A stretch of DNA of 64,000 nucleotides from Octopus vulgaris (GCA_951406725.2 OX597818.1:41230001-41294000); one strand, 5' to 3'; counted from the first letter of the stretch, positions 13,982 to 28,434 are shown. The notes: generated by a model from the letters alone, not told the origin. Program-made: numbers and translations.

Positions 13982-14210
13982 TTTTTACTCTTTTACTTGT
14001 TTCAGTCATTTGACTGTGGCCATGCTGGGGCACCGCCTTTAGTCGAACAAATCGACCCCAGGACTTCTTATTCTTTGTAAGCCCGTGTACTTATTCTATC
14101 GGTCACTTTTACCGAACCGCTAAGTTACGGGGACATAAACACACCAGCATCGGTTGTCAAGCGATGTTGGGGGGGGGGGGGCAAACACAGACACACAAAC
14201 ATATACACAC

Positions 14211-14271
<61 letters not shown>

Positions 14272-14435
14272 CGACGGACTTCTTTCAGTTTTCGTCTACC
14301 AAATCCACTCACAAGGCTTTGGTCGACCCGAGGCTATAGTAGAAGACACTTTCCCAAGGTGCCACGCAGTGGGACTGAACCCGGTACCATGCGGTTGGTA
14401 AGCAAGCTACTTACCACACAGCCACTCCTACGCCT
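13982..14435 (-). mobile_element. tRNA-derived SINE family B, full length, with internal (TA)/(CA) microsatellite
   Basis: Head aggcgtaggagtggctgtgtggtaag, B-box ggttcagtcc, tail ccagcatggccacagtcaaatgactgaaacaagtaaaag. Matches the 16518 and 37171 copies. Confidence 0.92.
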
Positions 14436-14909
14436 ATGTAGATACATAGATAGAGACAGACAGACATACACACACACACACATTATCAGTCATCCGCAAA
14501 TGAAGATGTAATTTTTTCAGGTGATAATTTTTCAATGCAAAAGAGTATCAGCTGCCTGCAAGTCCTCACTCAAAGGCTTTTATTTCAGAGATTTCCCTCT
14601 CTTAAATAGATTGTCTTCACTTCAACGAGTGAGCACCAAATTTTTCAAGTGCTTAGGGCCTCTATGGGTCTTAATCCGGCTCAGTGTATGTCTAAAACTA
14701 TATTATTTACTTTAGCCTTCATTTTGACAACCCTTTACCCGTCTTGTGCATTCCATGTAATACAGAGGACATATGTCTCTGGCTTCTGTACATCATATAT
14801 AATACACATTCTTTTTTTTAACTCTTAGAGTAACTTATGACGATTTATATAACTCAGAACGTATGAAACAAGGACTAACTAAAAGTTTGAAAACAAGTAT
14901 GGACATACA

Positions 14910-14983
14910 GTTCATATGGCATAGTGGTTAAGAGCGCGGGCTACTAACCCCAAGATTCCGAGTTCGATTCCAGGCTGTGACCA
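14910..14983 (+). pseudogene. tRNA-like cloverleaf (tRNA pseudogene or SINE head) followed by (AAT)n
   Basis: A-box TGGCATAGTGG, B-box GAGTTCGATTCC, acceptor GTTCATA/TGTGACC, loop CT-ACT-AA. Anticodon and T stems are mispaired. Confidence 0.7.
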
Positions 14984-15557
14984 GACTAATAATAATAATA
15001 ATAATAATAATAATGATGATATTAATAATGACGACGATGATGATGATGATGATGATGAATAGATGTGATGCGTTTGGGGATACTACACACACACAATGTG
15101 GTGGATGTGAATATCGCTCTATAAAGGAAATGAAGCGAACGACAGGGATAAAGAAGAAGTGCTGTGAACGAGTGTTGTAGTTTGAGAAAGTTGGGAGATG
15201 GTGAGAAGGAGGAAGAGGAGGAGCAGGAGGGGGAGGAGGAGCAGGAGGAGCAGGAGGAGCAGGAGGAACAGGAGCAGGAGCAGGGGGAGGAGGAGCAGGA
15301 AGAGTAGGACGACGACGGCGGCGGCGACATTGCATGCTTTGGTCCCAATTGGTGTCTTCTGAGCGGAAATCGAACTCCTAAATGAACTTGCAGCTGTTCG
15401 TTGCACAAGTAGGATTGTCCATCCGCACTCACTTCCGGCCAGGTTCATCAAGGCTAATCGATTGAACATTAGTAAACCCCACACTTGCCTTCCTTCTTTA
15501 ACAACAACATAAAGTACCAAAAACAACAACGACAACAGCAGCAGCAGCAGCAACAAC

Positions 15558-15614
<57 letters not shown>

Positions 15615-16282
15615 GGTGGTGGTGGTGGTGGTGGTGGTGGTAGTAGTAGTAGTAGTGGTAGCGGTGGTAGTAGTAGTAGTAGTAGTAATAGTGATGTTGT
15701 TGCTGTTGAAGGTGGTGGTAATGAAAGTGGTGGTGCTGCTGGTGCCTGTGATGGTGGTGGCAGTCGGACAGTAGTGAGGGGTGGAGATAGTAATGGTGCT
15801 GTTGTTGTTGGTGGTGGTGGTAGTGCTGCTGCTACATGTTGTAGTGGTGGCGGTGGTGCTGGTGGTGCTGGTGGTGATAGTAGCGGATAATGTTAGGGAT
15901 GTTGCCCAGAGTCGTCAATGATTTGCAATGCTGTGGTTGTTTTTGCTATTATTGTTTCAATGTTGTTGTTGTTGTAATGTTGCTGTAATTATTGATTAGC
16001 TCCTAAATCAGCCCTATTGCAGCAACACGTTTCCATCCGTGACCACCTCATCTTTTATTTTCATTGTTTTGCTGGGATTTTTGGTGGCGAGTGCAATTCC
16101 CTTTTGCTTTCATTTTTTTGAAAGAAGAGGGAGTTTTAAAACAATTTCACTAAAGTCTGTGTTGCTCTTGTGGATCTTGCTGTTGTTGTAGTTGTTGTTG
16201 CTGTTGTTACCGTCACTTTTCGTGTAAAATCATAATATTTTACTCTTATACTTGTGTGAGTCATTACTGCATAAACAATTTA

Positions 16283-16507
16283 GGGGGCGAGCTGGCAGAA
16301 TCGCAGCCTTAATTTCGCCGGGCGAAATGCTTAGCGTTATTTCGTCTGCCGCTATGCTCTGAGTTCAAATTCTGCCGAGGTCGACTTTGCCTTTCATCCT
16401 ATCGGGATCTATAAATTAAGTACTAGTGAAATACCGGAGTCGATGTAATCGACTTGTCCCCTTCCCCAAAATTTCCGGCCTTATGCCTATAGTAGAAAGG
16501 ATTATTA
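16283..16507 (+). mobile_element. SINE family A, monomer
   Basis: Family A sequence with an (ATT)n tail. TSD cataaacaat at 16270 and 16508. Confidence 0.9.
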
Positions 16508-16517
16508 CATAAACAAT

Positions 16518-16921
16518 AGGCGTAGGAGTGGCTGTGTGGTAAGTAGCTTGCTTACCAACCACATGGTTCTGGGTTCAGTCCCACTGCGTAGCACCTTGGG
16601 CAAGTGTCTTCTACTATAGCCTCGGGCCGACCAAAGCCTTGTGAGTGGATTTGGTAGACGGAAACTGAAAGAAGCCTGTCGTATATATGTATATATATGT
16701 GTGTGTGTGTGTGTGTCTGTGTGTCTGTGTTTGTCCCCCAACATCGCTTGACAACCGATGCTGGTGTGTTTACGTCCCCGTAACTTAGCAGTTCGGCAAA
16801 AGAGACCGATAGAATAAGTACTAGGCTTACAAAGAATAAGACCTGGGGTCGATTTGCTTGACTAAAGGCGGTGCTCCAGCATGGCCACAGTCAAATGACT
16901 GAAACAAGTAAAAGAGTAAAA
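16518..16921 (+). mobile_element. SINE family B, full length
   Basis: As for the 13982 copy; starts immediately after the family A TSD. Confidence 0.92.
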
Positions 16922-17076
16922 TAGTATCTCGTAGCTTTGAGATTTTGATGATGTGATTATTTATTTGTAGAATAGCATTGTAAGGTAGGTGTGATGGATC
17001 AGATCTGGCCAATTCGAACATAAAGCAGGCAAGATGTTTGGGTTGAATATGGACAGTTTAAATGCTAAAGGGTTAA
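16922..17076. mobile_element. Possible piggyBac-type MITE end
   Basis: Ends in aaagggTTAA, a piggyBac-like terminus plus target site. The partner end was not found. Confidence 0.4.
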
Positions 17077-17084
17077 AGACAGAC

Positions 17085-17195
17085 ACTTATTCTATCGGCC
17101 TTTATCCCGGCCGCTAACATATAGAGGCGTATGCAAACCAATACCAGTTTTTAAGCGCTGGCGAGGATAAACACAAACACACACACACACACACG

Positions 17196-17240
<45 letters not shown>

Positions 17241-17425
17241 GTACACACACACACATATAACACACTTGCAAACACACACAATGTGGGCTTCCACACAGTT
17301 TCCCACTACGAAAGCTACTCAGAAGGGATTGGTCAACCTCTGGCTATAGGAGAAGACACTTGTTCGAACTGCCGTACAATGGGACTGAACCCAAAACGAA
17401 CTTCTTAATCACACATCCATGCCTG
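17085..17425 (-). mobile_element. Degraded SINE family B
   Basis: 'acttattctatcgg', internal (CA)n, 'gaagacactt', 'gggactgaacc'. Confidence 0.75.
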
Positions 17426-17771
17426 TTCCTAGCCAAGCCCGCATCAATTTTTTGTTTGTTTGTTTCTTACGGTTTTTGAGATGTACGAGTTGCCAACCAT
17501 ATTATTATGGCAATCCTTCCTTTTTCCTCCAGCATCGATATTTCATAGAATTTATAGAAAACCAACGTATAGCATAGCACACAATTTAACTAAGAAAATA
17601 AGCTTCTTTCTTGCCCGAAGAAAACATTAGCTACGTTTAAAGAGAACGTGGTGGTGGTGGTGGTGGTGGTGGTGGCAGCAGCAGCAGCAGGAGAGGAAGA
17701 AGTAGAAGTAGAAGAAGAAGAAGAAGAAGAAGAAGAAGAAGAAGAAGAAGAAGAAGAAGAAGAAGAAGAAG

Positions 17772-17803
<32 letters not shown>

Positions 17804-18370
17804 GAAGAAGAAGTAGAAGAAGAAGGAGGAGGAGGAGGAGGAGGGTGAAGATGGAGGAGGAGGAGGAGGAGGGTAAAGATGGAGGAGGAAGAGGAGGAAG
17901 AGGAGAAGAAGAAGAAGAAGAAGAAGCTGTAGCGTTATTGTTTCTTCCTCGCAGCTAGAAAATAAACACCGAAAAATTTTAAAAGAGAATAATGGGGTCG
18001 TTATGCTTTCAACCAGTTCATAAATATGGTTTAAATGTAAAATTAGCATCGGTTGACGTTTTATGATTGCGTTTCGGTTTCGATTTCCGATTATATCTCT
18101 TTCCCTTCGATTAAACTACTGTTACAACTCTGATTTATTTCCTGCTTGTCCAATAAAGTCAATCAGACTGGTCACCTATCGAATATATCTGCTAACTTTA
18201 TATTCATCCGCTTGTACACATAAAAATCAATATTTATTTTTAAAATGTATGTATCTTCCCATATGAAAATCAGAGTGCGTATAACTGAAGTAGAGAACGA
18301 AAGAAGTTATTTAAAATTCGATTCTGCATCAGTAAACACTGAGAAAAAAATAGACTAGCATTCTTACATT

Positions 18371-18698
18371 AGCACTCTGTCGATTACGACGATGACGAGT
18401 GTTCCAGTTGATCCAATCAACGGAACAGCCTGCCCTTGGAATTAACGTGCATGTGGCTGAGCACTCCACAGAGACGCACACCCTTAACGCAGTTCCCAGG
18501 GAGATTCAGTGTGACTCGGAATGTGACGAGGCTGGGCCTTTGAAATACATGTGCTACTCAGTTTTGCCAGCTGTGTGGACTGAAGCAACGTGAAATAAAA
18601 CGTCTTGCTCAAGGACACAACATAGCGCCGGGAATCGCACTCACGACTTCACGATCGTGATCCGGATACCCGCTAACCACTGAGCCACGCATTTTCAC
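18371..18698 (-). mobile_element. tRNA-derived SINE with a CORE-like body and the family C type-2 tail
   Basis: A-box tggctcagtgg and body 'gtgtccttgagcaagac'. 18371-18549 aligns with 24022-24199. Confidence 0.8.
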
Positions 18699-18706
18699 AA
18701 GACAAA

Positions 18707-19101
18707 TCCCTATATATATAAAGCTGAAGTTGTCTGTGTATAGCAGGTTTGGTAGCCTTCAACTAACACTATCTCCTCCGAGACCCTGTGGTGCAAATTG
18801 ACCAAAATAGAGAGTATGATAGAAAAAGGCTTGCTCTTCATTCCGTAGAAGAAAAAATTCAAATCGAACCATGTTAACACCAAAAATTATTTACATCAAA
18901 AAGGTGGGGGGTTTTTTCTATGAAAATCCCTATTTTTTACGATTTTTTGAGTGCTGTGTCGCCATTTCTCGGTGTATTTCAACCAGAAAAATGTTCACTT
19001 AAAGAGAATAACAAGCTACATAATGCAAAATTTTTACTTTTCAAAAATTCCAATTCTAAAGGGTCGAAACAAACCCGAGCAACGCCGGGCGATACTGCTA
19101 A
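18707..19101 (+). mobile_element. Non-autonomous Helitron (~395 bp)
   Basis: 5' TC(cc)tatatatataaag; subterminal hairpin cccgagcaacgccggg; 3' CTAA (CTRR). Inserted between A and T with no TSD. Confidence 0.8.
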
Positions 19102-19762
19102 TATCTTTATAATAGCAGATTAATAGCTGTTAATCTTTTACGAAGTGCTTACAATAATGTGTCTTGTAATATGATTGACAAAATATGAACCCCTAAGGTT
19201 CTGGCATATCAAATCCGAAACAAATATGCTTTATTTTTCATTTATGTAGTATTTTAATGTCCATCGACATTTTGTCATAGTACTTACTGCTAATCTGATG
19301 GTCAATATTTCTATCCTCTAAATACGTTTTTTGTTTTTGTTTTTGTTTTGCAGTAATTGTTTTGACTGTAATAAATAAAGGCTGTTACCTCTGTCTATAT
19401 TTCGAACGCTGCATCACTTTTACGTTCATCTTTCCTATATTAATGATGTCAATACCTCCTTTTCTTCGTTTGCTTTTAATCTTCCCTATTCTATCCTTCT
19501 TCAGCATATTTTTTCGACCAACATTTCTAATTTCTTTCCTTTCTGTTTATCTGTTTAGCTCCCGCTTACATTTTTTTCTGTCTATTTAAATCTTCTCTAT
19601 CTATCTACCTATCTATCTATCTATCTATCTCTATCTATTTGTCTCTATCTTTGTCTATCAATCCATCTCTCTCTCTCCCTCACTCTTTGTATGTATACAC
19701 ACAAACATACAAATGCACACATATATATATTCACTCACAGACGTATACATACGAATGCTTAC

Positions 19763-19829
<67 letters not shown>

Positions 19830-19860
19830 TATATACACACACAGAGGTGTGGAGAAACAG

Positions 19861-19945
<85 letters not shown>

Positions 19946-20133
19946 CATACGTACATACATGCATACATATACATAATATACATACATACACTCGTACATG
20001 TAAATATATATATATATGTATATATATATATGCATATTTATATGTATATTTTTGTATATAGACATACATACATCCATATGTATGAAAGCATGTATGTATG
20101 CATGTATGTATGTATTATGTATGTATGTATGTA

Positions 20134-20164
<31 letters not shown>

Positions 20165-21986
20165 ATGTATGTGTGTGTATGTATGTATGTATGTATGTAT
20201 GTGCCGTTCCAACTGTTTCTGACTTTCGATTCGTCATTTCTCTATAAATTGTTATTATTTTCTCTAAAATCCTTTCTGTGTTCTTTGCCAATTCCTGCTA
20301 TTTTTCAATATTGCCAGATATCTTCTATCTTAAAAATTACCGCCGCAGGCCAACAAATAAATAAACAAATAAATAAATAAATAAGACCAATCAAAAATAG
20401 TTTTAAAAAATTGAAATAACAAATCAGACCATAAACCAAAAAGCCAAAATGACTGGCTAAATATATTTAAATAGCCATATTTTAAATCCACCACCACCAC
20501 CACCGTCACCACCACAGCCGCTACCACAGCCATTTTGCCAACTTAGCTTCTACAAACGCCCAGTTGTTAAGTTTTGTATTGAAAAATCTTCTCCGTTCTC
20601 CGTTCGACAGAATCATTCAAAAACTATTATTTGCTATGTTCACCATGACTCCCAACGTCGTCATTTTGATGCTTCTGGCGGGATTATCCGCCCTTACACT
20701 CTCACGTACACCTTTCCGGTTAGCGTTTATCAATCCTGCTGTCATTTTTGTGAAACTTTTCCTCGAGAAAAAGATTAAATAAATGAATAAATAAAATCCC
20801 TTTGCAATAGCCAGAAGTCTTCTAGAAGTAATTTCTTGACAATTTTTTTTCTTTTTCTTTTTTATATATATTTTCTCACGTGTTTTTCTCCCTGTCGTCT
20901 TTTTTGGCTGTATTTTTAGCTATATTTTTGTGGTGAAAGCTATCAACGGATAGCCTTGGGAGAGAATTTGTTGTTGTTGTTGCTGTTGTTGTTCAAATGT
21001 TAGTGGTGGTGACAGTGATGGTGAGGAGAAGGAATAAAGAGAAGAGGGGAAGAGAAGGAGGAGGAGGAAGAAGAAGAAGTGGTGGTGGTGGAGGAGGAGG
21101 AGGGGGAAGAGGAGCTGGAGTCGGCTTCAGCTCCTCCTCCTCCACCACCACTTCTTCTTCTTCCTCCAACTCCTCTTCCTCCTCCTCCTCCTCCACCTCC
21201 ACCACTACTTCTTCCTCTTCCTCCTCCACCTCTACTTCCTCCTCCTCCTCCTCTTCTTCTTGTAGAAACTAAGTTGACAAAATGGCTGTGGTAGCGGCTG
21301 AGGTGGTGGTGGTGGTGGTGGTGGTGGTGGTGGTGGTGGTGGTGGTGGTGGATTTAAAATGGTTATGATGATGATGCTAGATATTTCATCATTTTCTGAT
21401 GTCATCAGATTTTAGTGCAAATCCCAACACCTGTTTCTAATCGTCCATGTAACATCCCCTTTACGTAACACAGCCTGTGTGGCAAATAAATGAAATTATT
21501 ATTGTTTGTCCTTGTAGTACCTCCAATACATTACCCTTGTGGAAGGAAAAAAAATAATATTCTTATTGTCGTTATAAATAGGATTCGTGTTATGACCATT
21601 ATCATCATCTTCATCATCGTCGTCGTCGTCATCATAGTCGTCGTCGTCATCGTCGTTGTCGTCGTCGGCATCATCACTAATTTTGTTATTGTTGCAATTA
21701 CTATTTTTCTTGCTTTTGTTTCGTTTAAGAAAATTTTATTTTTGTAGGAGGTTAAGGTCGAAGCTACATATATATAGCCGTCACCACACCCACGTTCACA
21801 TTCACACATACATGCATGCATACATACACACATGCATACACACATACATACATACATACATACATACATACATACATACATACATACACACATACATACA
21901 TACATACACACATACATACATACATATATGCATGCATACATACATACAAACATACATACATATATGCATGCATACATGCATACATG

Positions 21987-22017
<31 letters not shown>

Positions 22018-22119
22018 CCATGCATACATACATACATACATACATATACACATATTTACGCACATACAATACATATGCATACACACTTACAATCATATAC
22101 ATACATATATATATGTTTT

Positions 22120-22219
<100 letters not shown>

Positions 22220-22436
22220 GCATGTATTTGCCTTTGGCAAATTGCTATCTCCATATTCATGCATTCATGCCAGCATATTCCAGTTTGTGGTTCTTAAAAG
22301 ATATACTCTCAAGGACAAAAATACAATTTGTATACATACATATGTATTCAGATATGCATAAACATTTACAGATCCACACCCATCGCAGGAACATAAACTA
22401 AAGTGCATATGTATGTGCATGTGTATGAGTGTGTAT

Positions 22437-22497
<61 letters not shown>

Positions 22498-22854
22498 TGT
22501 GTGTACAAAGTTACGGTTAACAAAAGTCGGAATGTGTGGCGTTTAGTTATTCCATAAATGAAAAATGCAACACATACATACATACATACATACATACATA
22601 CATTCATGTATACACACATACGTACATACAAACATATATGAATGCAAGCATGCATACATACATACATACATACATACATGCATACATACATACATACGTG
22701 TGTGTACATACACTCACAAGCATCTTCTCTCTTTCACTAGCCATGTAGATTCTCTGGAAAGACATTTCACACTTTAAAGAATGTGTGTGTGTGTGTGTGT
22801 GTGTGTGTCTGTATGTGCGTGTGTGTGTGTGCGCGTGTGCGTGTGTATGTGCTT

Positions 22855-22904
<50 letters not shown>

Positions 22905-23303
22905 GTGCGTGCAGAAAGGTGTGTGTACAACGGGAGACAAACACTGAAGTATAAGATGGCAAGCAAACAGCCAGACGGATATATAGGCAAACAGATATAT
23001 TTAGATCGTGTATTCGATACCTTAATTGCCTGTCTATTATCATCAGCGTACCTGTAGCCAGTCCATATTTACTGTCATATATTACAAGTGAAAGCGTGTC
23101 TATCCATCCCAGATGTACTTATGAATTATAAAGTGTGTACCTGCATACATATATGTATCTATGCATATAAAATGGTATATACATATATATATATATCAAA
23201 CATACACATATTTTGTATATAAAATATAACAGAATATGAAATATAATATATATTATATATACATACATACATACATACTGATAAACATATAGATAGATTG
23301 ATT

Positions 23304-23378
<75 letters not shown>

Positions 23379-23387
23379 GGATGGATG

Positions 23388-23474
<87 letters not shown>

Positions 23475-23499
23475 GGATGGATGGATGGATGGATGGATG

Positions 23500-23574
<75 letters not shown>

Positions 23575-24015
23575 GAAGTAAATAAATGCAGGTACATCAT
23601 ATACTATACAACATAAATTCTTGAATTCTTAAAATAATCGTCTCAGAATTATCAAATGGCAATTAAAACCAGCTCTTCTTGAGAAAGAGAAATAATGCCA
23701 AAATTGAAGAATTCTTCACAGCTGACATGCTATTAAGGTAAAAAAGACTAATTACGTGAACATAAGCGGACAGTAGTGTTTTATTTTTTCTGCCTCCATA
23801 GCCTTCATCAGTACGACAATTGACCGACCTTGTTTCCCGTAGACAAGGACCTAAAGTTATGCATAAAAAATGGGACACATTTATGGCCCACTTAATTTAC
23901 ATAATCTAATCAAAAATGGATTAAGAGAAATAAATAGTAGTACCCAAAACAAATATACCATACGACATAATTCTTAATCTATTATATCTCTGCCTTAATA
24001 GGATGTATTATGATT

Positions 24016-24402
24016 GATGGAAGCACTCCGTCGGTTACGACGACGAGGGTTCCGGTTGATCCGAATCAACGGAACAGCCTGCTCGTGAAATTAACGTGTA
24101 AGTGGCTGAGCACTCCACAGACACGTGTACCCTTAACGTAGTTCTCGGGGATATTCAGCGTGACACAGAGAGTGACAAGGCCAGCCCTTTGAAATACAGG
24201 TACAACAGAAACAGGAAGTAAGAGTGAGAGAAAGTTGTGGTGAAAGAGTACAGCAGGGATCACCACCATCCCCTGCCGGAGCCTCGTGGAGCTTTAGGTG
24301 TTTTCGCTCAATAAACACTCACAACGCCCGGTCTGGGAATCGAAACCGCGATCCTATGACCGCGAGTCCGCTGCCCTAACCACTGGGCCATTGCGCCTCC
24401 AC
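24016..24402 (-). mobile_element. SINE family C, full length, tail type 2, 12 bp TSD
   Basis: A-box tggcccagtgg and B-box gtttcgattcc. TSD tgtattatgatt at 24004 and 24403. Confidence 0.92.
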
Positions 24403-24419
24403 TGTATTATGATTACCAA

Positions 24420-24955
24420 ATGATGATTAAGACCAGGTCCGGCTGAGAAAGGGAGATATTCTCAAGAGGCGGATATATTGCGGTATGTTGGTGGCCGGAG
24501 TGCTGGAAGACCACTGGGGATAAGACACCTCTTAACTTTTTTTGAAAGCATGTCTCTAGGAAGATACACTGATATAAAACCAGTTATGTAAGGAATAGAA
24601 AAACATCTTGGGGATTTTGTGCTTGCTCTTGAGATCATGGCGTTCCCATATTCCCGAGCCTGCGACCCCTATTGACACTGGATATCTCGCCCTAGTTTTC
24701 TCTGGATTATTATGTCTGAAGTGTGCTATACAAGACTTATTGGGCCTAAAATTTGAGGTTGTACAATCACCAGCAAGGAGACTATCCGATATCTGGTCGA
24801 GTAAGACGGCAGCACTGCGAGCATGGAAGCCGAGAACGTGAAACTGGTTAAAACCGGCTGTTGGTGCAATAACCTCATGCGCAAGCATTGCTGACATTTT
24901 CCATGGGCAATGGTCAGTTATGTTCTCCATCGATCACTAGTGGACAGCCATCATC
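24420..24955 (-). mobile_element. Degraded CR1/L2-type LINE 3' fragment
   Basis: Frameshifted motifs resemble the post-RT region: F..RS..VLL, 'RPNKSCIAH..IQRK', 'FQKKLRGVL'. Confidence 0.45.
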
Positions 24956-25029
24956 CTCATGCATGTATGTATGTATGTATGTATGTATGTATGTATGTAT
25001 GTATGTATGTATGTATGTATGCATGCATG

Positions 25030-25060
<31 letters not shown>

Positions 25061-25072
25061 GGCTGTATCATA

Positions 25073-25408
25073 CGCGGGGACATAGAAATAATCGTAATGA
25101 ATACCCGATCGCGCGGTTAAACCATTGGGAGTGAAGGACTCCTAGCCTTTGTAAGGGCATCCTTCTAGGAGAAGGTAACTCAGGTAACTGGGATAACTGC
25201 GACATAAAAACTGCAGCTCATTGGTTACCGATGATGTTGACTTGTTCTTCTTTTCGGATTATGGCTGCTGTTGCTTAGTGAGTGGGATTGACTCAGTGCA
25301 CAGCCTTTCCTCACTTCAAAAAAAATCCTCTTGCACAGGCATTGCACGATAACAACATTGATTAAGCTTCGTGCAATGGCCATACTCGATAACGAGGGGG
25401 CAGCCACC
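25073..25408 (+). mobile_element. Family D RTE-related retroposon, second copy, next to (TATG)n
   Basis: Reverse complement of 6734-7069 with few differences. Confidence 0.8.
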
Positions 25409-26041
25409 ATATATGTGTGTATGAGTTATATGTGTGCATATTTCGGTTCACAACGGTGCGTCTTTTTGCGGATAAATGCGACTCAACCCTTTCAATAGAG
25501 ATCAATAAAATGACTACCAAACAAATAATTACCGTGGTCAATCGATATAATCGATTGAAACATCTTCCTCGAACCTAATGCCCCAGCATGGCTTCAGTTG
25601 TGCAATAACTGCAGCCAGTAGAAGCATATATAAAATAGGAACACCACAAAATATGAAAATCACAAATTACTTGAACCATTATCTTTTCTTAAACACATCG
25701 TCACATGATCAACCCATCGTCATTACAAATCGTTTCTTGTGTTCTTTCTCAATTTCTTTTTTTTGAATTGCAGACACAATTTCCTGTTACATATTTATTT
25801 ATCTATTTATTCATTTACTTACTCTTTCATTCAAATTTTTTCTTTTTTTTTCCCTTATATTTATTATTTTTGTCTTTAAGTTTTCATATCTAAAATCTTT
25901 CCGTTTTATCTAAAATTCAATTTGTCATAGTTTCTTCTTTCTTCTACTTTATTTTGTTTTTCTTCAATTTTGATTTCTTCTTTTTTTTTTGCCATCATTT
26001 TTTTCCAACTAAATTTATTGTTGCTGTTGTTATTAATATTA

Positions 26042-26106
<65 letters not shown>

Positions 26107-26255
26107 GAATTTTTCGAATTTCCTTTACATATACATTAATTGATTTAAAGCTGTAGAAACAATAAATAAATAAATAAATAACGATTCAAAATGAAAATAC
26201 AAACAACAAAAACAACCACAACAACAACAACAACAGCAACAACAATAATAATAAT

Positions 26256-26363
<108 letters not shown>

Positions 26364-26400
26364 AATAATAATAATAATAGTGATAATAATAATAATAACA

Positions 26401-26459
<59 letters not shown>

Positions 26460-27294
26460 AATAATAATAATAATAATAATAAATCCTCAGTGTTTCATGG
26501 GAATATATCTTTTCAGCCTCATAGTCGCCGTATATCTTTTTTCCTTCCGAGCCATCAAATATTGTTGTATTGTTGTTTGTGTTTGTTTTCTTGTTTTCTT
26601 TTTTTTCTTTCACTATAAACTCAATGTGGCATTTTGATTTTGTTTCATTCTTCAACCTAATTTCATTACAGTTCTTGGATTCTGTTTTATTTGTAGTTAT
26701 TTTAATTGCGGTTATGTATTTCTACAATGAAACTCTCATGGGCTGAGAAGCTCGTTTAAAAACACGCTGCTAGGAGAAACGAGGTTAAATTAGAAAAGGA
26801 TAATAGGAAATGTGGTTAATTATATTAAAACTCTGATGTCTTTAAAAAGTTAATTTATTCCTCGGATCGAAACGAAGTAGAGATTTAAGAAATCTGAATA
26901 TTATGTAAGATAATCTCTCTCTCTCTCTCTATCTGTCTCTTTCTCCCTAGACACACACACACACACACACACGTATGCATGTATGTGTATATATATATAT
27001 ATGTGTGTGTGTGTATGTATGTGTGTGTGTGTGTTTGTGTTTGTGTGTGTGTATGTGTGTATACATACACATAGAAACAAACGTATATATCAATTTATTT
27101 GGCGCTGTCACGCGCTCTCTCTCTTTCTCTTTTCTCTCTCTCTCTCTTTCTCTCTGTTACTCTCTCTTTCTCTCACTCTCGCTTGCTCATGCGTTCGCTT
27201 TCTATATCACTGTATGTATGTATGTATGTATGTATGTATGTATGTATGTATGTACAATTATATGTACGTATGTATGTATGTATATGAATGTATG

Positions 27295-27337
<43 letters not shown>

Positions 27338-27814
27338 ATGTGTGTATGTATGAGGTCGCGAGTGCAAATGATGAGCGTATGTGTATGTCTAAGTGCGTGT
27401 GTAATTGCGAATGCTTGCGTGTTTGCCTATGTGAGAGTGTGTAATACGGTCGGTCTCTACTCTACTCTTCCCGCCGTTATGAATTAGACATTGTAAACAA
27501 GAGTCAATATGGAATCCTCTTCCTGGTTCATAAACCTAATTGGCATAGCAATCAGATTCTCTCAAATCATTTTATAGCATCTTAACAAACGAAGGTCATA
27601 TCAAATAATAGTCTTTAGATATACATAAAATAGTCTTTAGATATGCAAAACAGTCTTTAGATATTGCAGACGTGTACAATCATATTTAGCATGTGCGCGT
27701 ACATTTGGACATAGAAAAAACATACGCTGCATAAAATATTTCTAGAGAAAAATTTCTGTTTATATACAAAATCTATGATAAATACCCGACTAGGTTATGA
27801 ATGACATCATCGGA

Positions 27815-27861
27815 TCTTAGAACGCATGCGTTTCTGCGTCGTTGCATGTCGTCAGTTACGA
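27815..27861 (-). ncRNA. Minimal hammerhead ribozyme candidate
   Basis: Minus strand reads tcgtaa CTGACGA ca tgc-aacgac-gca GAAA cgcatgcg TT ctaaga. Stem III is a perfect palindrome (aacgcatgcgtt); stem I has 2 mismatches. Confidence 0.6.
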
Positions 27862-28397
27862 ATATCAAGTCGTCGTTCATAACCACTCAAAATGTTCTGT
27901 TCTTATATCAGGAGAGCAAATAGTACATTCGTTGGTGTGTGCAAAACTTTGTCAAGCTGGAACTAATTAATTAGCGGTACACTAAGCAAGGATGACTGAC
28001 GTATAGGTGTATACAATCATACTTAATATGTCCGAGTTCACTCTGATGGGGAAAGAAATACACAGAAGAAACTGCCACGGGAGAAAAAAATCTCTTCTCG
28101 TAAACGATATGTACTCAGTCAAATCTCACCTGGTGGACATAGAAAAGCATATGCTGACTCAAGCTACTTAAAATTTTGCTACTCAGAGTTTTTTAAAGAA
28201 GACGGGCAAACTTCAGGCGAAGAGATTTTCAGCTGAACAAGACAGTATAGTAGTTAACAACAGATCGTTTTTGCCGACTTTCGACCTCTCCCGCAATCTA
28301 TCTAACTCTTTTCACATGCATGCATACTCACACACATATATACAAACATACAGAGATACATGCATACACACACACACACACACTCGCATATACACTC

Positions 28398-28434
<37 letters not shown>

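Noticed and set aside
14910-14983. Functional tRNA-Ser(ACT)
   Set aside because: Anticodon and T stems are mispaired, there is no long variable arm and no oligo-T terminator, and an (AAT)n tail follows.
15432-15500. Minus-strand exon ending at a GTGAGT donor
   Set aside because: Weak acceptor and no recognisable peptide.
23780-23815. Minus-strand CTGATGA...GAAA
   Set aside because: No convincing stem II or III and no NUH with stem I.
27605-27665. Three ~21 bp direct repeats (also doublets at 37643, 38290 and 50550)
   Set aside because: These are simple local tandem duplications with no spacers and are not CRISPR-like.
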